From Vitrella brassicaformis CCMP3155 (Eukaryota > Protista > Chromerida): a DNA stretch of 56,405 nt. Numbering within the stretch: position 1 is the first letter of the stretch; the number at the start of each line of letters is the position of its first letter. Positions 10,603 through 25,348 of this stretch are shown here, piece by piece. The notes beneath the pieces were generated by a model, which was not told where the DNA came from, searched no databases, and was given only the letters and a program-made list of their open reading frames with translations. Where the stretch lies: contig CDMY01000535.1 in NCBI GenBank assembly GCA_001179505.1, positions 1-56,405 on the forward strand. Reading direction: 5' to 3'. A program made the position numbers and the translations under genes.

Positions 10603-13600
10603 TCATAGCAAGTCGTCAGAAGAGTCTGACACATCACCGGTGTCACACAAAGGGTCGGCCGGCGTCCCCCCTCTCCCCCGCAAGCGCCGCGTGCTCCACG
10701 CACCACGCCGTGGGCTCATCCTATCATGTCTATGGACACCTCTGCTAACAGGGGCTGGGGGGCGGGAGGGGTAATCGGGGCGCGCGGAAGCTACTGTCGG
10801 TGGCTGCGCTTCTGGCGGCTGGGAAGGGGTGGCTGGCGGCTCGCCTCGCAGAATGCGGGCCAATCTCATTGTCTGCGGATCCATCGCATACCTGACACCA
10901 CACACACACACGCACGACAGACACAGGTACGAACCAGGTGGCCGGCTGAGCAACTGACAAACATACGCATACGGATCTCTCCCCCTCACCTCGCGGCCCG
11001 TTTCGAGTGTGCTGGTGCGCTCTGTGTGGGTGGCGCCGGTCTTGGCGGCACCCGTGTCTTGGGCCGCTCTCCCTCCCTCTCCCCAGCCACAGCAGCCGCC
11101 CGTGGCGGGGGCAGCGGGTGGGGGGATGCAAAGGGTGCCTCGGACTCACGAGGAGGCTGCGATTCATCACTATCATCCATGTCGTCAAACAGCAATGGGC
11201 TCTCCTGCTGCTGATGCTGCGGCAGGGTGACCGGCAGCGACGAGGGGGCGGGGGGCTGCTGCAGGGTCGTGACGAGCCCTTGCAGCATGTTGAGGATGCC
11301 CTGCTGCAGCTGCCCGTGGTCGAGCAGCGTCGGCGGTGGCGGTCTCTGCTCAGTGGGGGGTGGTGGGTGCTGCCTCAGGTAGTCAAACAGGACCCTCTGG
11401 ATCTCGTCGCTTTTGCCCCCGCCGGCACCTGCATCTCTATCATGCCCATTGGTGGGCGGCTCGGGTCCTCTACTGGCAGCAGATGCCGAGGGCTCGGCTG
11501 GCTGTTGTGATGAGGCGATCACGTGGTCAGCACATGAGGGAATGAGGCTGCCCTCAGCTGCCGGCTGCGATGGTGGCGCTACGTGGTCGGTGGGGGGCGC
11601 TGGCTCGGCAATGGTGGGAGGTGTTGGTCCTAAATGGGGCCCATTCGGCTCACTGGCAGGGAGGGGGGGCTGAGGGGGAGGGGGAGGGGGAAGGGGCGGT
11701 GGAGCCACTATACTCGACGAAGGCTGAGGTACCGCCTTGGTCGCTCCCTCATGGTCGCCGGCTCGCGATATCTCCTTTGCCGCCTGTCCACTTGCCACTG
11801 CCGCAGGTTGCTCCGATGTCACTCTCTGCCGCTCATCGTCTGTTCCGCTGTCCTCTTTTAGCCCCTCGTCTCGCTTGGCGGCAGTGTGTGTGGGCTGTGT
11901 GGGCACTGGGTGGGGCGGCAAGAGGTCCTCAACAGTGGTGGGCCGAAAAGTGTCCGCATTCTGGTCGCATGTGTGCCCCGGATGACCGGCATCTGGGCTG
12001 GCGGCCGCCGTGTCGGGATGGACACCCCGTGTGGCCTCCGCCTCTTCTTTCACTGGCGGTGGTGGGTGTAGGTCTCTGCTCGTCGGCGGCCTCTGTGGGG
12101 GCGACAGGAGGGGCGATGACGCCCCGGACAGAAAGGAAGAGATGAGCGATTGACGAATCGACTGGGCGCTCTGCGAGACGTCCTGTGGGTGGTCGACGGA
12201 TGGCGGGGAGGGGGACGAGGAGAAGTGGTCGATGGACGGCTGTTCCAGCGGCCGCAGGGGCGGCTCCTCGTCTGCATCCTTGAATGGCGAGAGGTCGGCA
12301 CGCGACGGGGATGAGGGCGAGAGCTGCAGCACCGAATCGGCATCGGTTTGCGGCGGGTGGAAGGGAGGGACCAGCTGTGGCTGTGGCTGTGGAGCATCAG
12401 GATGCGGCTCGTCTGCAATTGAGAACCCTCGTGGTGTCCCATCCCTCCACTTCTGGATGGTCTCGAGTGCCGCCATGTTCTTCATGTGCTGCGCTGTCAA
12501 TTCCTCAAGTGGCGTGTTTCGCAGATGCTCCTCCAGTGCAGACAGCTCCTCCCTCGCCCGCAAGGACAGCGCCCGCGCCTCATCCATCGCGCTCGTGCCC
12601 TCCTCCCCTGCTGCTGCCGTGGGCTCTTCTAACGGCCTCGCCTGTGTCGCGTCAGACCGTCTCAGGGCGGCGAATGGCCCGGGCTGGCCGACTGGCGCTG
12701 AGGGGGTGGTCGACGGCGGGCTGGTGAGGGACACCTGTACACGCAGCTGTCCGCAGCTCTCCTTGATGGTCGTGTCGAGCGGTACTGCTGTCGGCTGATC
12801 GCGTGTGGCCGCATGGCGGACGGCGTAGTAGCCGTCGATGGGGAGGCCGAAGGTGAGTGTCTCGAGGGGCACCTCCGCCACGCCGATGAGGGTGGACTGG
12901 TTGCTAACCGCCTTGTCCAGGTGCCACACGAGCAGCCGCAGCTGCAGCCACCGCAGGTCCGACACCTCCTCTATGACACGGTCGCTCCCCGACGCCTCAT
13001 CAGGAGCGAGGCAGATGGTGTGGTGGGAGTGCCAGGTGGGCGTCGGCGTTCGATGCACCACCGCAGTGCCGCCCATCTCCGCTGACACGTCCTCGATGAC
13101 GACCCCACGTGGCGGCTGGCCGTGCGGTGTGTCGTCGTGCTGTGTCTGTGTCTGTGTGGGGTGGTCGGTTGCGAGCTGGATGGAATAGGAGACCATGGCA
13201 TTTGGGGGGCGGCCGTCGATGAGCGGGAGATGTGTTGCGTTGAGGACACAGATGTGCAGCTCCAGACCCGGCCCACTCGTGGCTGAATGCGGCGCCTCCA
13301 CTGCAGCTACTGGACGGGCCAGCCTCTCTGTTGCCAACTCCTCACTGTCGTCGACCCCCTCTGTTGCCACCTCCTGTCGGCTGGGCGGTGGTGGTGGTGG
13401 TGCGAGTGTATCGACGTCTCGCAATAAGTTGGCGTAGTCCACCCACTCCTCCCCCTGGCCACCCCTGTAAACCTCGCCCTTCCACGCCTTCCATCGCCTG
13501 ACGAACGCCCACTCCCATGCAGTCAGCCCGGCGACGCTGCCGCTTCCCGGCTGCTGCTGCTGCATCGACTGCTGCGCCAGGAGGACGGCCTGCTGGAAAG

Positions 13601-16600
13601 CGCTCCACGGCAGGCACCCTGAGGGGGGGAGAGAGGTGGTGGCGCTGGTGCTATTGCGGACAGAGTCGGCCAGCTCGCGTGTCAGCGGCTCCTTGAGCTG
13701 CAGTAGCTTGGGTGCGATGGTCCTGAGGATGAGGAGGTCGATGAAGGGGCGGGAGCACTGCAGATGGTGACGCTTGGATGGGGTCTGGTCTGCTGACGTC
13801 GGTGTCTCTGTGTCGGCTGTGAGGATGCTCTTGAAGGGGGGCGGCAGGGGGGTCAGCAGGTGCAGCACGCCGTGCTTCCTGAACGAGCAACGAGAAGCGA
13901 AGAAACAGCGGGCCTTCCACTTCGTGTGTGTGAGTGGTGCATGTGTGTGTGTGTGTGTATGTGTCCATCTCACTTGAGCAGTGATCCCAGGACGGTTGCC
14001 GTGGTCGGCGCATCCAGCCCCACCATTGCCCTAGCCCCCTTCGGCCGCCCCTCCAATGGCGGAGTGTGGAGGTCATGCCACAGCCGGCCAATCAGCGCTG
14101 AGTATAGGTCGGCCGCCTCGCCACTCACCGCCTCCTTGGCTGCACTACGTGACCGCAGCCGCAGGTCTTTGCCCTCCCAGCAGGTGGCCGCCCACCCACT
14201 GGGCATCATCTGCGAGGCCGTCGATGGCGCCACCTCCTCGTGTGTGGTGGCTGAGGTGACAGTGACCGTGGCGAAGAGACGTCCGGCGATCCTGCCGTCG
14301 GAGCCCTCGAGTGGGATGGACAGCGACCACCAGGAGAGGCACTTGGAAGTGGCAGCGGTAGCGCTTGTCGGTGGTGGTGGTGGTGGGATGGATGTGGCGC
14401 CCTTGGCCACTTGTTTGGACTCGGTGAGGGCTGCCCGGCCGATGAGGAGGTATAGCTGCAGCTCCATCTCTATCTCAGCTGTGGCGCAATCACAATTGGA
14501 CACCGACCTTCACACACAGCAGGGAGGGAAGCAAGACAAGCATCGATCGCATCGTGGTGGGTATGGTTCTCACGTGCAGTGCAGAGCTCACCACTGTGAG
14601 AACTTCTCGCTATGGCCAACACGCAGCCGAGCCAGTGTGCCGCAGAAGGGCCGCCAAGCTACGGGCGGTGACCCACCGCTCCCCTCTCCCTCTCCAGCCT
14701 TGTCATGCCCTCTCGCAAACACAAGAGGCTGCGGCGCCGATGAGGACCTCCTCTCTGTGGCGACGGCCGCCTCTCTCTCTCCCTCTCCCTCTCCCTCCCG
14801 CTCATCGTCGGCGTCTGACTTGATGCGCACTGCCGTGTCGAGATAGTAGGATGCCGGTGGGAAGGGCCGGTCTGTCGAGAGAGTGGCCGTGAAGACGCTC
14901 TCCTCGATGACTAGGTCGTGAAGGCTCACACATATGTCCAGCAACCCAACAGCTGGGGGCAAAGGGGGAGCCGGCGCCACCTCTCCTTGCTCAGCCTGAT
15001 CGGCCTCTATCGCCTCACCAGAGAGAACCACGGTCTCTAGCTGCCGCAAAGGGCATGTGGCGGCCACGCTGCTGCCGGTGAAGACCGTCTGGAAGACTGG
15101 CGGGACGGGCCCGCTGTGCCTCTGCCGCTGGTAGGAGACGGTGAGGGCGAGAGAGGAGGGGCTGCTGTGTGTGTCGGTGAAGGGGATGGCTTTGGGCAGG
15201 TGGGCGCCCACCTGGGCCTGCAGCGAGTCCAGAGAGCCGATGAAAGAAAGCGCCTCCACCTTGTGCAGCCGCGCCGTGGCCACCACACTGCCCCCGTGCT
15301 GCTGCTGTCTGGCCGTCGACCGACCATTGTCGTGGTCGCCATAGCTAACCAGATACACCAGCAGCAGCCACTCGCACTCGCCGAGCAGCGCTGGCAGGTC
15401 CAGGTGCACCGATGTGGCGAACTGGTGGCGGATCTTGAGGCCGATCGGGACCTCCCTTGCTGTCGCCTCCTGCTGCTGGTGGTGGTTGTGGTCGAGCACA
15501 CCTGTGATGCAGCCTTCGCTGCTGCTGAATATCTCGCACTGCAGCCGCAGCTGAGAGGGGACCACCGCACCGGAGAGGTGGAGCGACGAGAGGGTCAGCA
15601 CGAGGGTATGCTGCTCGTACTCCCCGATCAGGCCCAGCAGCACCGGCACACTCATGACCTCCGAGCCGCCCTCGCCCTCTCCCTCACCCCCACCGGCCTG
15701 CTCGCCCTCCCTGGCGGCCCTCTCCTGTGCTTTGGGCATGTAGGCACTCGCCACCCAGTCACACAGCTTCATCAGCGCAATCCCCACCGAGTTGTCCAGG
15801 TAAGACCCGTTCTCACGCCCATGGTAGAAGAGCGCGGCCGTCACCGACTCCCGGCGCACCCAGCCTGAGTGCTGGTGCGCCCTCAGCTCGGCCGCAATGG
15901 CGCTGGTGCGTGTGTGGAGTTTGGTGCGTGCGGATGAGAGCAGCAGCTCCTGTGAGGGAGGGGGCGAGGAGGGAGGGCGGTCGAGGGTGGGTGTGAGGGA
16001 GGGGGGAATGTCCATATGCTGCCGCATCAGAGGCGGAGGCTCGATGTCCAGCAGGTGGTAGTGCGAGATCAGGAGGGCCTCGCACTCCTCACGCCCGACG
16101 TCGTGGATGTCGTCGCTCCCCAGCTGGTTGCGCATGAGCTTCTGCCACACACCCAGGAGGTTCCTCGGCACACCCAGGTCCTCAAAATGCCGCCAGAACA
16201 CGCTCAGAGGGACCCTCTGGCCAGTGATGGCGGGGAGGCCATCGTCCTGTGAGGCGGCTGAGGTTGGTGCGGGGAAGAGCCTCGGCAGCTGTGTGGCGAG
16301 GTGGGGGAACCTCAGTTGCATGAGTGTCTGGAAGTCTGTGTGTGTGATGTGGACGTCGGGGACGTTGTCTGATGGCTCGTCTGCGGGGTGGGACCTGACG
16401 ATGGACTGCAGGTCGAGACTCCGGAGGTACCCGCGGTTGTCCGTGTCGAGGCGCCTGAAGACCTGCACACACACACACACACACACATGAACGAACACCC
16501 ATGCGGCCATCCATCCAGCAGCCATATCGGGGCGTTCCGTTCTCGGCGCACCTGTTCGAGGGAGGTGCCGCTTCTTCTGATTGAGTGCAGCACCCGCTCC

Positions 16601-19600
16601 AGTATCAGCAAAATGGCGCTGCTCGACAGCAGCCCGTCCATGGCTGACGAGGCATCACGTGGCGGCTGCTCCTGATCCCCAGCTGCTGCGATCATGGGCC
16701 TACTCTCCTCCTCTCCAGCCCCCCTGACCGACGATGAATCGACCTGCGGATGGCGAGAGGGCGGCGGCTGGGGCGAGGCTGCTTTGCTCGCGCCCTCGGC
16801 CGTCGTCAGCATGTGCCGATGCACCAGCCGCAGCACGTCCAGGTTGAGAATGTCATCCACCTGAGCAATACATCAATCACCTTTTTTCATTTTGATTGTC
16901 GCCATGCTCGACTCAAACTCAGCTCACCCTCACCTCTCTGCGGACGAGTGCCAGGCTGAGGTCTCTCCCAGGGAAGGGATCGGCATACGTGTTGATGGCC
17001 TCGGCGAGTTTCTTGCGCCACCTCTCCCCCGCCGGCCCGTCAAGAGAGCATCCGCCCTCCCTCTCACGCAGACGGTGGCCGTGCTCGGCGGCGATGACCC
17101 TCAGCTCCTGCTTGTAGGACTGGCACTGCTCGCTGAGGGCCTGGTGCAGCTCGTCCAGGTGGAAACCTTCCAGCGGCTCGAGGGCTCGGAAGTCGTGCAT
17201 CATCGAGTCGTGGGAAGCAAACCTGACCCACACGTAAGGAACAGAACACAGAATGGGTCGTCGACTGATGGATGGATGGATGTGTCTTATGCTTATGTCG
17301 TGTGTACCGTTCGAACAGCACTTGGCAGTCGGCTTTGCTGAACATGCCGGGCAGCACGTCCCGCGCGGACGCCACCAGACAGGCCAGGAAGGGGTGCTCC
17401 TCGGCCGAGCCACCGGTGACCCGCCTGGCCACCATCGACTGCAGCGAGTGGATGTAGTCCTCCGGCAGGTACCCCGCACCACGCAGACACCGGTAGAGCC
17501 GCACCGTTACGCACTCAGCCAAAGCGAGCCGGAACTCTCTGCTCGCCAACAGCTTGGCCGTCGCGGCCATCCATGTGGGTGAGGCACTGAGCGACTCGTA
17601 CGCCGCTTTGATCGCGCTCTCGTCGGGCGGCCGGTCGGGCAGCAGACGGGCGATGAGTGCGCTGAATCTGGTGCGCGAGATGGGTGTGTCGCTCTGGTGG
17701 TCGGTGTTGTTGAGCCGGAGTATGTCTTCCATGAGCATGCCGCGGCGGATGACGGCCTCCCGGACGGCCAGCCATACCCCCGCCGCTCCCTCCCCCTCCC
17801 CCTCTCCGTGCCTCTCCTCCCTCTTGGTCTTGACGTTGAGCACGGCAGCCAAATCGAGATCTGACAGGTCCGTCATCACAGCTGCAGCTGGGCCCTCCTC
17901 GCCGCTGCTGTCATGCATCTTGCCCGCCCGGTCGAGGACGTCTTTGAATATGGCCATATCGATGGTCTCGCCGTGCTGCTCGTCGGCCGCTGCGGCTGCT
18001 CCTCTGGGCGTCCTTCTGCCGTGCAGTGACCGAGATGCGGTGGTCAGGCACCGACACAGCCGATCGACGTCACGCAGGGAGGCCTCGCAATGGGGGGCAA
18101 GCAGCAGATGGAGCGCATGCACGAAGAGAGACGATGGGATGCTGGTGGGGGTGGCATTGCTGTCGCCGCCGTCTTCAGTGCGGAAGAGGTCTTCTGGTGA
18201 GAGGTGCAGCCGGGAGAGTGCCCGTGTGGTGGCCTGGAGGGTGGTGTAGACGGATGTCTGATATGAGGCGAAGCACCGGTCCAGTTCGGAGAGGAAGATG
18301 CGCCCGCGGCCCTCACGGTCGAGCACCTGCAGATCAGATCAGATGAGGGAGGGATGGACCAAGAGAGGCAAAATGACATGTGCCTGTGTGGCGAGGGTAG
18401 GGAGGGTAGGGTGCAGTGTTGTCTTGTGGTGTCTTGTGTGTGACCTTGAGGGAGTCCCCGAATTCGTCTAGTGGCATGTTGAACCCCTTGGCGGCGAAGG
18501 CCTCGTGCAGCTCGTCCAAAGACACATGACACGAGGAGGAACCATCGGCACCCTCACCACCACCGTCACTGTCGCCATAGCTGACACACCACACCACAAC
18601 ACCGATTTTCAACACGCGTGTGCTCGCCGGCCTCTCTCTTTCTCCCTCTCTCCATCCATCCATCCGGTATGTCTCTCACCTGCCGCTGCTGACGCAAGAT
18701 GATGGCATGGCTGACGGCATCTTGGCAAGCCATGCGCCCATGACGTCACCGAGGTGGTACAGCGACAGTGCCTGTGCCTCGCCGAACCACGCAATGAGGT
18801 CCTGGTAAGTCATTGGGGGGGCCGCTGATGCCGGTGGGTGTGGGTGTGTGTCGGTCCTGCCCATGTTGGGCTGCAGTGTGAAGGAGGGGTGCGCTGCGGT
18901 CCACTGCGCCAGGGCCGTGACGTCCAGCCACACCGATTCCATCGCTGCCGCCTCCAAACCAAAGGCACGCTCCAATGACTCCAACACCTGTCAGCACCAG
19001 AGAAAGGGGCACGAGTGTAACATCCATCCACCATCCCATCCACCTCACACCCACACGCAATACACACGCACACACACACACACAGACCTGCTGTCGAGTT
19101 GTGTCGTCAGTGGCTGGCGAAGCCAGTGGCAGGTTTCTCTCTGAGAGTGCGTCGAGCATCTTGCTCTCGGTGCCGCAGCAGGCCAGCCGCATGTAGTGCC
19201 AGCCCGTCTCGAGGGTGTTGGTGAGGGAGGGGGTGAGGGAGGGCGGCAGGGGCGCCGTCGACCGCCGCTTGAGCGCCCGTCGCGTGGCGTTCCACCAGTG
19301 GCGGAAGCGGGGGTAGTGCACTAGGTGGCTAGTGTCCTTGGTGGCGGAGGACGGCAGGCACAGGAAGGGTACTATGGACTTGACCGCCTGACAGACACAG
19401 ACAGATATTCTTAAAGCATTGCAGCAAGGAAACGTGTGTTGTTCAATCTTTGTGTGTGTATACCGGTGGATCGAGCTGCAGGAAGTTGCGCAGGAGCCCC
19501 TTGATCCGCTCCTCCCCCACACCAAGAGTGAAGACGCTCCTGCCGTCCTTTCCCCCTCCCCCTGGCTCCCCTGCCTCCCCGCCGCACCGTACGAGTGCCG

Positions 19601-22600
19601 CAAACACCACCTCACTCGGCATCGACAAGAACCGCTTCAGTAGCGCACCCCGCCCGCCATCAGGCAACGCCCCACACACCAGCGCCCCACCTGCGCCAGC
19701 CTCACCCGCCTTGGCCCTCACTGCCGCACTCAACGACGGTATGTCGATCGGCATCGACGGCAGGTCGCCTGGGGTGATGATCCGCCGCTGCCCGGCCAGC
19801 GGGGAGAAGGCCGACAGGGCGAGAGAGAGGTCCGCTTGGGGAAGGGAGATGTGGGCCTTGTGTAGCACGTCGGTGACGCTGCTGGCGTCAGCTGACGCGG
19901 CCGGGATCGCACTGAGCGCCGTCAACACCGATTGGCGGACCGGCCAGATCGCCTCCACCAGCCGGTTGGCAGCGTCCCGCGCCAGGCTACCGCCATGGAT
20001 GGACACTCTGGCAAGCGCCTTGTCGATCATCTCTGTCGTGATTCGGCCGGTGGAAGGATCGCCGATGGCCTCCAGGCCCTCCACAGCGGCGAAGAGGCCG
20101 CACCTGATGCCGAGAGTGCTCCACACGCCCACCAGCCGGCCCTCGATGGTGGCAATCTGGGCCTCAATGGCGCCTTTGGATTGTCGGGTGGCCCACAGCG
20201 CCTGATAAGCCGAATTGAGGGATGATGCTGCGGTGTCTACGTCGACCCGGCCGCACAGGACAGCCGCCTTCAGCCGCAGCAACACACCCAGCTGCAGCAG
20301 CGGGCCAGAGGCAGAGCCCCCTGCTGCTGCTGCTGCTGCTGATGCTGTCGCCTCTCTCTCGGCGCCCAAAGCTTCTCCTCCCCTCTCACCGGCCGGGGGG
20401 GCTTTCTCTTCGCCAGCTGTGGCTTTGGCGCTGGAGATGGGCTGCCGTGAAGTCCAATACCGTTGGTAGCCGTCGACGAGAAGGGATGAGGGGATGGAGA
20501 GCGACGGGGATGCGCCGACAGTGACAGTGTCGTGTGGGGGTGCGGCTGCGGCTGGGGGCAGGGCGAGGTAGCGCGCGAGCCGCTGCAGCTCGCTGCGGGT
20601 GGGCAGCTGGACTGTAGCCGATGCTGGCAGTGTCGCTGCCGGCTGCTGCACCTCATCATCTTGACGATCGTCATCTGCACAAGGGAGAGGTACAGAGAGG
20701 GGGGAGGATCACTCACAGACGCCCCGCACTCACCCCTGTGTGGCGATGATGCCGACTGTTTGTCGGCGTCTGTGAAGAGCTGGTTGATGGCGAGAATGAA
20801 GGCGTCCTTGGAGACTCGGTCGCCTCGAGGGTCGCCGGCCGCCCTGCGCTCGGCGAACATGTTGACGATCGAGGCCACGTGGAGGGGCGGCACACGCAGC
20901 TCCCACAGGGCCGTGAACACCTTGAGCAAGATGTGCTTCGCCCTGTCAGTCACGACACATACACACACACAGAGACAGTCTCCATGTGTTGTGCTGTGTT
21001 GTGTTGTGTTGTGTTGGGCTCTGCTGTGTCGCTTGCGCGTGTGTGTGTGTGTGTGCGTCTGTCCTTAGTTACTGACTTGACTTGTGCGTGTCTGTGTCTG
21101 CCGATGGCGTAATACACCATTCGCTCCAGCTCAGTCAGGTCCACCCAGCCGCCCTCCTGCCCGTCCACCACCCGCCACAGCCCCTCGACGCTCTGAGGCG
21201 AGCACCCCACACCCACGCGACGCAGGAAGCCGACCAAAGCACCCGGCCGCAGCACGCCTCTGCCGCCCTGGAGCTTCTGCCACAGACCCTCGATGCGAGC
21301 CAGCTTCCCGTCTGCATCTGTGTCGGTGCGTGGCGGTGTTGGAGGTGAGGGTGCTGCTGCGAGGTTGGCGATGGCCTCGTCTGCCTGGCGCTCGAGGTCG
21401 TCGAGGTAGGCCCCGAGCTTGACAATATCGATGGCGTCTGCGTCGAGGATGCGATCGGCCTCCAAGGACTCTGTCAATGTCTTGGTGCTGCGGGTGGGTG
21501 GGCAATCGACAGGGAGAGAGAGGGGACAGGGGAGAGGGAAGGTGGTCTGTGTCTGTGTGTGGGTGGGTGGGGGGGAGTGGGTACGGTACCCACCTGTCAG
21601 CTGCAGTTTGTTCGATGATGTCCTCGACGAGTGCGACCACCTCGTTGTGTGCGATGCCCTTGCGCTTCAGATTCTCGGACAAATGCCTACACACCCACAC
21701 AGACCAACACACACACACACACACACACATCAATGCCTTAAGGATGTGTGTGTGTGCGTGTGGTGTGCTCACGATAGTCTGACGTGTCCGGTGGTGCGAT
21801 CCATCCCCGGGGTGACGTCACACAGCTGCACACACCGACACAGCAGCTGCTGCCGGGCAGACAACAACGCCTTGCGCGACGAACGGCCACCTGCACACAC
21901 ACACATACACCAAGGAGAGGGAGGGGGCGAGGGAGAGAATCTCACACACACATGAGTGATGTGGCTGCTGGATGTGCCAGCAGTTAGTTACTTTTGGTTC
22001 TGTGCTTGGGCGGTGGTTGGAGGCTGGCGGGGTCGAACGACCCCTTGAGGTCGTCCTCAGACACGGCGTGAAGCGACAGCTCCACCGCACCTGAACAAAC
22101 CGACAAACCGAATCGACATGAATGCGTCTCTCTCTCTCTGTATGGCCCTCCCCCCGTCCTTCTCACGACTGACTCACCTGCCATGCCCTCTAACTCGCCG
22201 CTGCCCTCCAACTCACACCACTCCCGACACAGGTACACGCCCACAGACGAGGAGGGGACCTTCCTCCCATCACCATCACCCTCCCTCTCCGCCCCAGCGG
22301 CAGCACCAGCACCAGCACTCGTCTCTCTCAGCTGCTGCACCGACCGCCCCTTGAGGGCCGGCACATCCACAGCCACATTCCCGAGCAGCACGGGCTCGCG
22401 CCCATCGGTTGACTCCCACGCCTGGACGGTTATCTGTGGGTGTGTGGGGGGCAGTGGCTGGTCCTCTGGTGATGGCTCAGGGGGCGTGGTGACGGTCCAG
22501 AAAGGGGCGGTGGACTTGCTGACCAAGTGGGGGGCGGCCGATTGTGTGGAGGGCTCGATGGCTGCGACGGGAGTCTCGTACTTCTGACAGACCAGCAAAG

Positions 22601-25316
22601 GATGGGTGGGGGATGGATGGATAGATGTGTGCAGTCCCTCGTTTACCTGGTCGGTGCCCATTCGGAAGCTAAAGTAGAGTTTCCTCCTCCTCTGCGTGTG
22701 GGGGATGGCGGGGTGCCCCACCAGCTGCACCCGCTCCACACATGCGAACAGGTGCACACCCTTCACCACAGGCTCCTCGGCCTCGCCCTCGCCCTCATCT
22801 GCCGCTCCCTCCTCATGTGCCGCCGAGTAGTGGGGCTGCTGCTGCTGTGCGTCTTCTCCTCCTCTGTGTCTGCTCTCCGCTCCCTCCTCGAGGAGCTGGA
22901 CGGTCAGGTGCAGCCTGGCGATGATGTCTATGTCGTTGTGGTGGTGCTGGTGGAGCGAAGGAGAGGTGCGGCGGACAAACAGGGGCGGGGGGCTGATGAA
23001 GGGGTCCCGAAGGGCTACGGTCGTGCTGCACGTCCACCTACACACACGCACATATACACACACACACGGTGTGCTATCCTATGGAGGCTTCCACTGACCC
23101 TGGCGAGAAGAGCACCCTCATGCCGTTGAGCTGCCCCTGTGCCAATGCCTCAGACCCAGCGGGCAGCCCCCACTCCTTCGCGAGCTCAATTGCCTCGCCC
23201 CCGCCGCCACCTCCAGTACTACCGTCCTTCTGCCCCTGGCTCGGCTGCCGCAGCAACGCACCCCTCGCACCCACACCAGCAGCACCACCGGCACCAACGG
23301 CACCGCCGCCGCCCTTTTTCTGTGCAGGGGGGGTGGGCACCCGGCCCTTAGACACTGCTGGCTTCTTGGCCGTCGCCTTGGGTGTGTGTCTCGGGGTGGT
23401 GGTCTCCTGCCGCACCACGGCGAGGCGGAAGGTGAAGCCTTCGTCTGCGAGCTTGGGGAAGGCGCCTCCCTCCTGCTGGTGCTGGTGCTGGTGCTGGTGG
23501 TGGGCCGTCATGCACTCGCTGAGCAGGTCGACAGGGTGCTTGGACGAGGCGAAGTTGAGCGAGAGGTCGTGGGGGGATGATGCTTGTGATGATGATGCTG
23601 TGTGGGTGGCGGGGGGGATGGGGTACTGGCAGCGGACCTCCTGGGGTGGCAGAAGGGGGCGTGTGTCCGTGTCGTGGGTGGGGGCGTGGGCCGCTGGCAT
23701 GGCTGGGGCTGGCGCGGGGAACGAGTAGGCCATGTAGAAGAGCCGCGGCTGGAGCTTATCGAGAACCTGACACACACCACACCACACCGACAACACCACA
23801 CACGAACAACGTCGCCAAGACATAGACAGGTATATCTTCAGGCGCCCCCACCCCCCCGCTCTCATTGCTCACCTGCCATCCCCTCTCGGTGAATTCGAGC
23901 CTCCTCAGCTGGACGGACACCTCCGTGACCCTGGCCAGCACTCCAGGTACGTCACGCGCTATCGGCGCCACACCGACACCCATGCCAACGCCCACATCTC
24001 CGGACGACGGGCCCACTGGCGGCGGGGGCATGGCTGAAACTGGTGCCGCAATGGGCGGCGGGGGGATGAGCGGCATCGGACCCCCACCCTCTTCATGACG
24101 GTTGTGGTCTTGCTGCTCAGCTGCAGCAGCAGCAGCAGCTGTCTGTTCTTGTGCTGTGGCGGCGACGGGGGCAAGGGGCTGTGGCTGTGGCTGTGGCTGC
24201 TGCTGCATGGCTGCAGCAGCAGCGGCAGGGGGGAGTGGTGGTCCCTCTTGTGAGGGGCCTGGTGAGGGTGACGGCATGGGTAGGGGCTGCGGCGGTGTGC
24301 CGCCCATCGACAATGTCCCCTTCTGCAAGACGCCACGCAGCAGCGAACCTGCAACCAAACCCACACAGATCCCCCCATAGCTGCGTTCGCCCTTGTGTGT
24401 CTGTGAGCTCATCATCTCATCATCCCCACCTGAGTGCAGGAGTTTCCTCAGTGCACTCGCTTTAGCCACGTTGCCCCCCGCAGCGGCATAGGCCATGGCG
24501 TGCTCACGCACCGGCAAAGACACAGAAGTGGACGCCAGCTGTCGCGTCTGTGTCTGTGTCTGTGGAGGCGGTGGGGGCTGTTGCTGTTGCTGCTGCTGCT
24601 GACGTGGCGGTGCAGCCACCAGGGCCCGCTCACGGTCGAGTCGCGTGTCGGTGGCCGGCATGGGCATTGGGGGCGGGCAGGGCTCGTCCGGGATGTGGTA
24701 GGGGGACGGCTCATTTTCCAGCCGATACTGCTGCTGATGCTGCTGGTACTGCTGCTGGTGGTGGTGGTGGGCCATGTGTGGTGTGCCTGTGAGGGAGGAA
24801 GGAGGGGGCTGGTCGAGAGAGTCAGCCTGTTGGGGGTCGTAGTGGGGGTTCTGCAGAGCGACCACCATCCGCACGCTCGCGGCGCCGAGCACGGGCATCG
24901 GGGTGTGTGGGCCCTCACCGCCACATGTCAACACGCTGCACGGCCTGATGTACACACGCCTACACACACACATCCATCCATCCATCCATGTGTGTGTGCA
25001 TCTCTTTGTTTGTGTGGCTCACTCCACTCACTGGTCGCTCTGCGCCCAGATGTGCATCTGCGGGCCGCCCGGCTGCGGCACCCTCATGCGCCTGTCGAGG
25101 TCGTGCCATCCCGTTTGCAGTTTGTGTGCCAGTTCGGCCAGCATGATGGGGAAATAGCCCCTGGGCTCGTCGTCGCCCCCGTCCAGCGAGTAGACTGTCA
25201 CCTTCAGGTAGTGCTTGTCGCGCATGTGGCTGAGAAAGGCGGCGGGGTCGCCGCACACGGGGAATAGGAGGGTGCGGCAGTTCTGGTACCCGGGCGACGG
25301 CTGGCAGCGCACCCTG

Positions 25317-25348
<32 letters not shown>

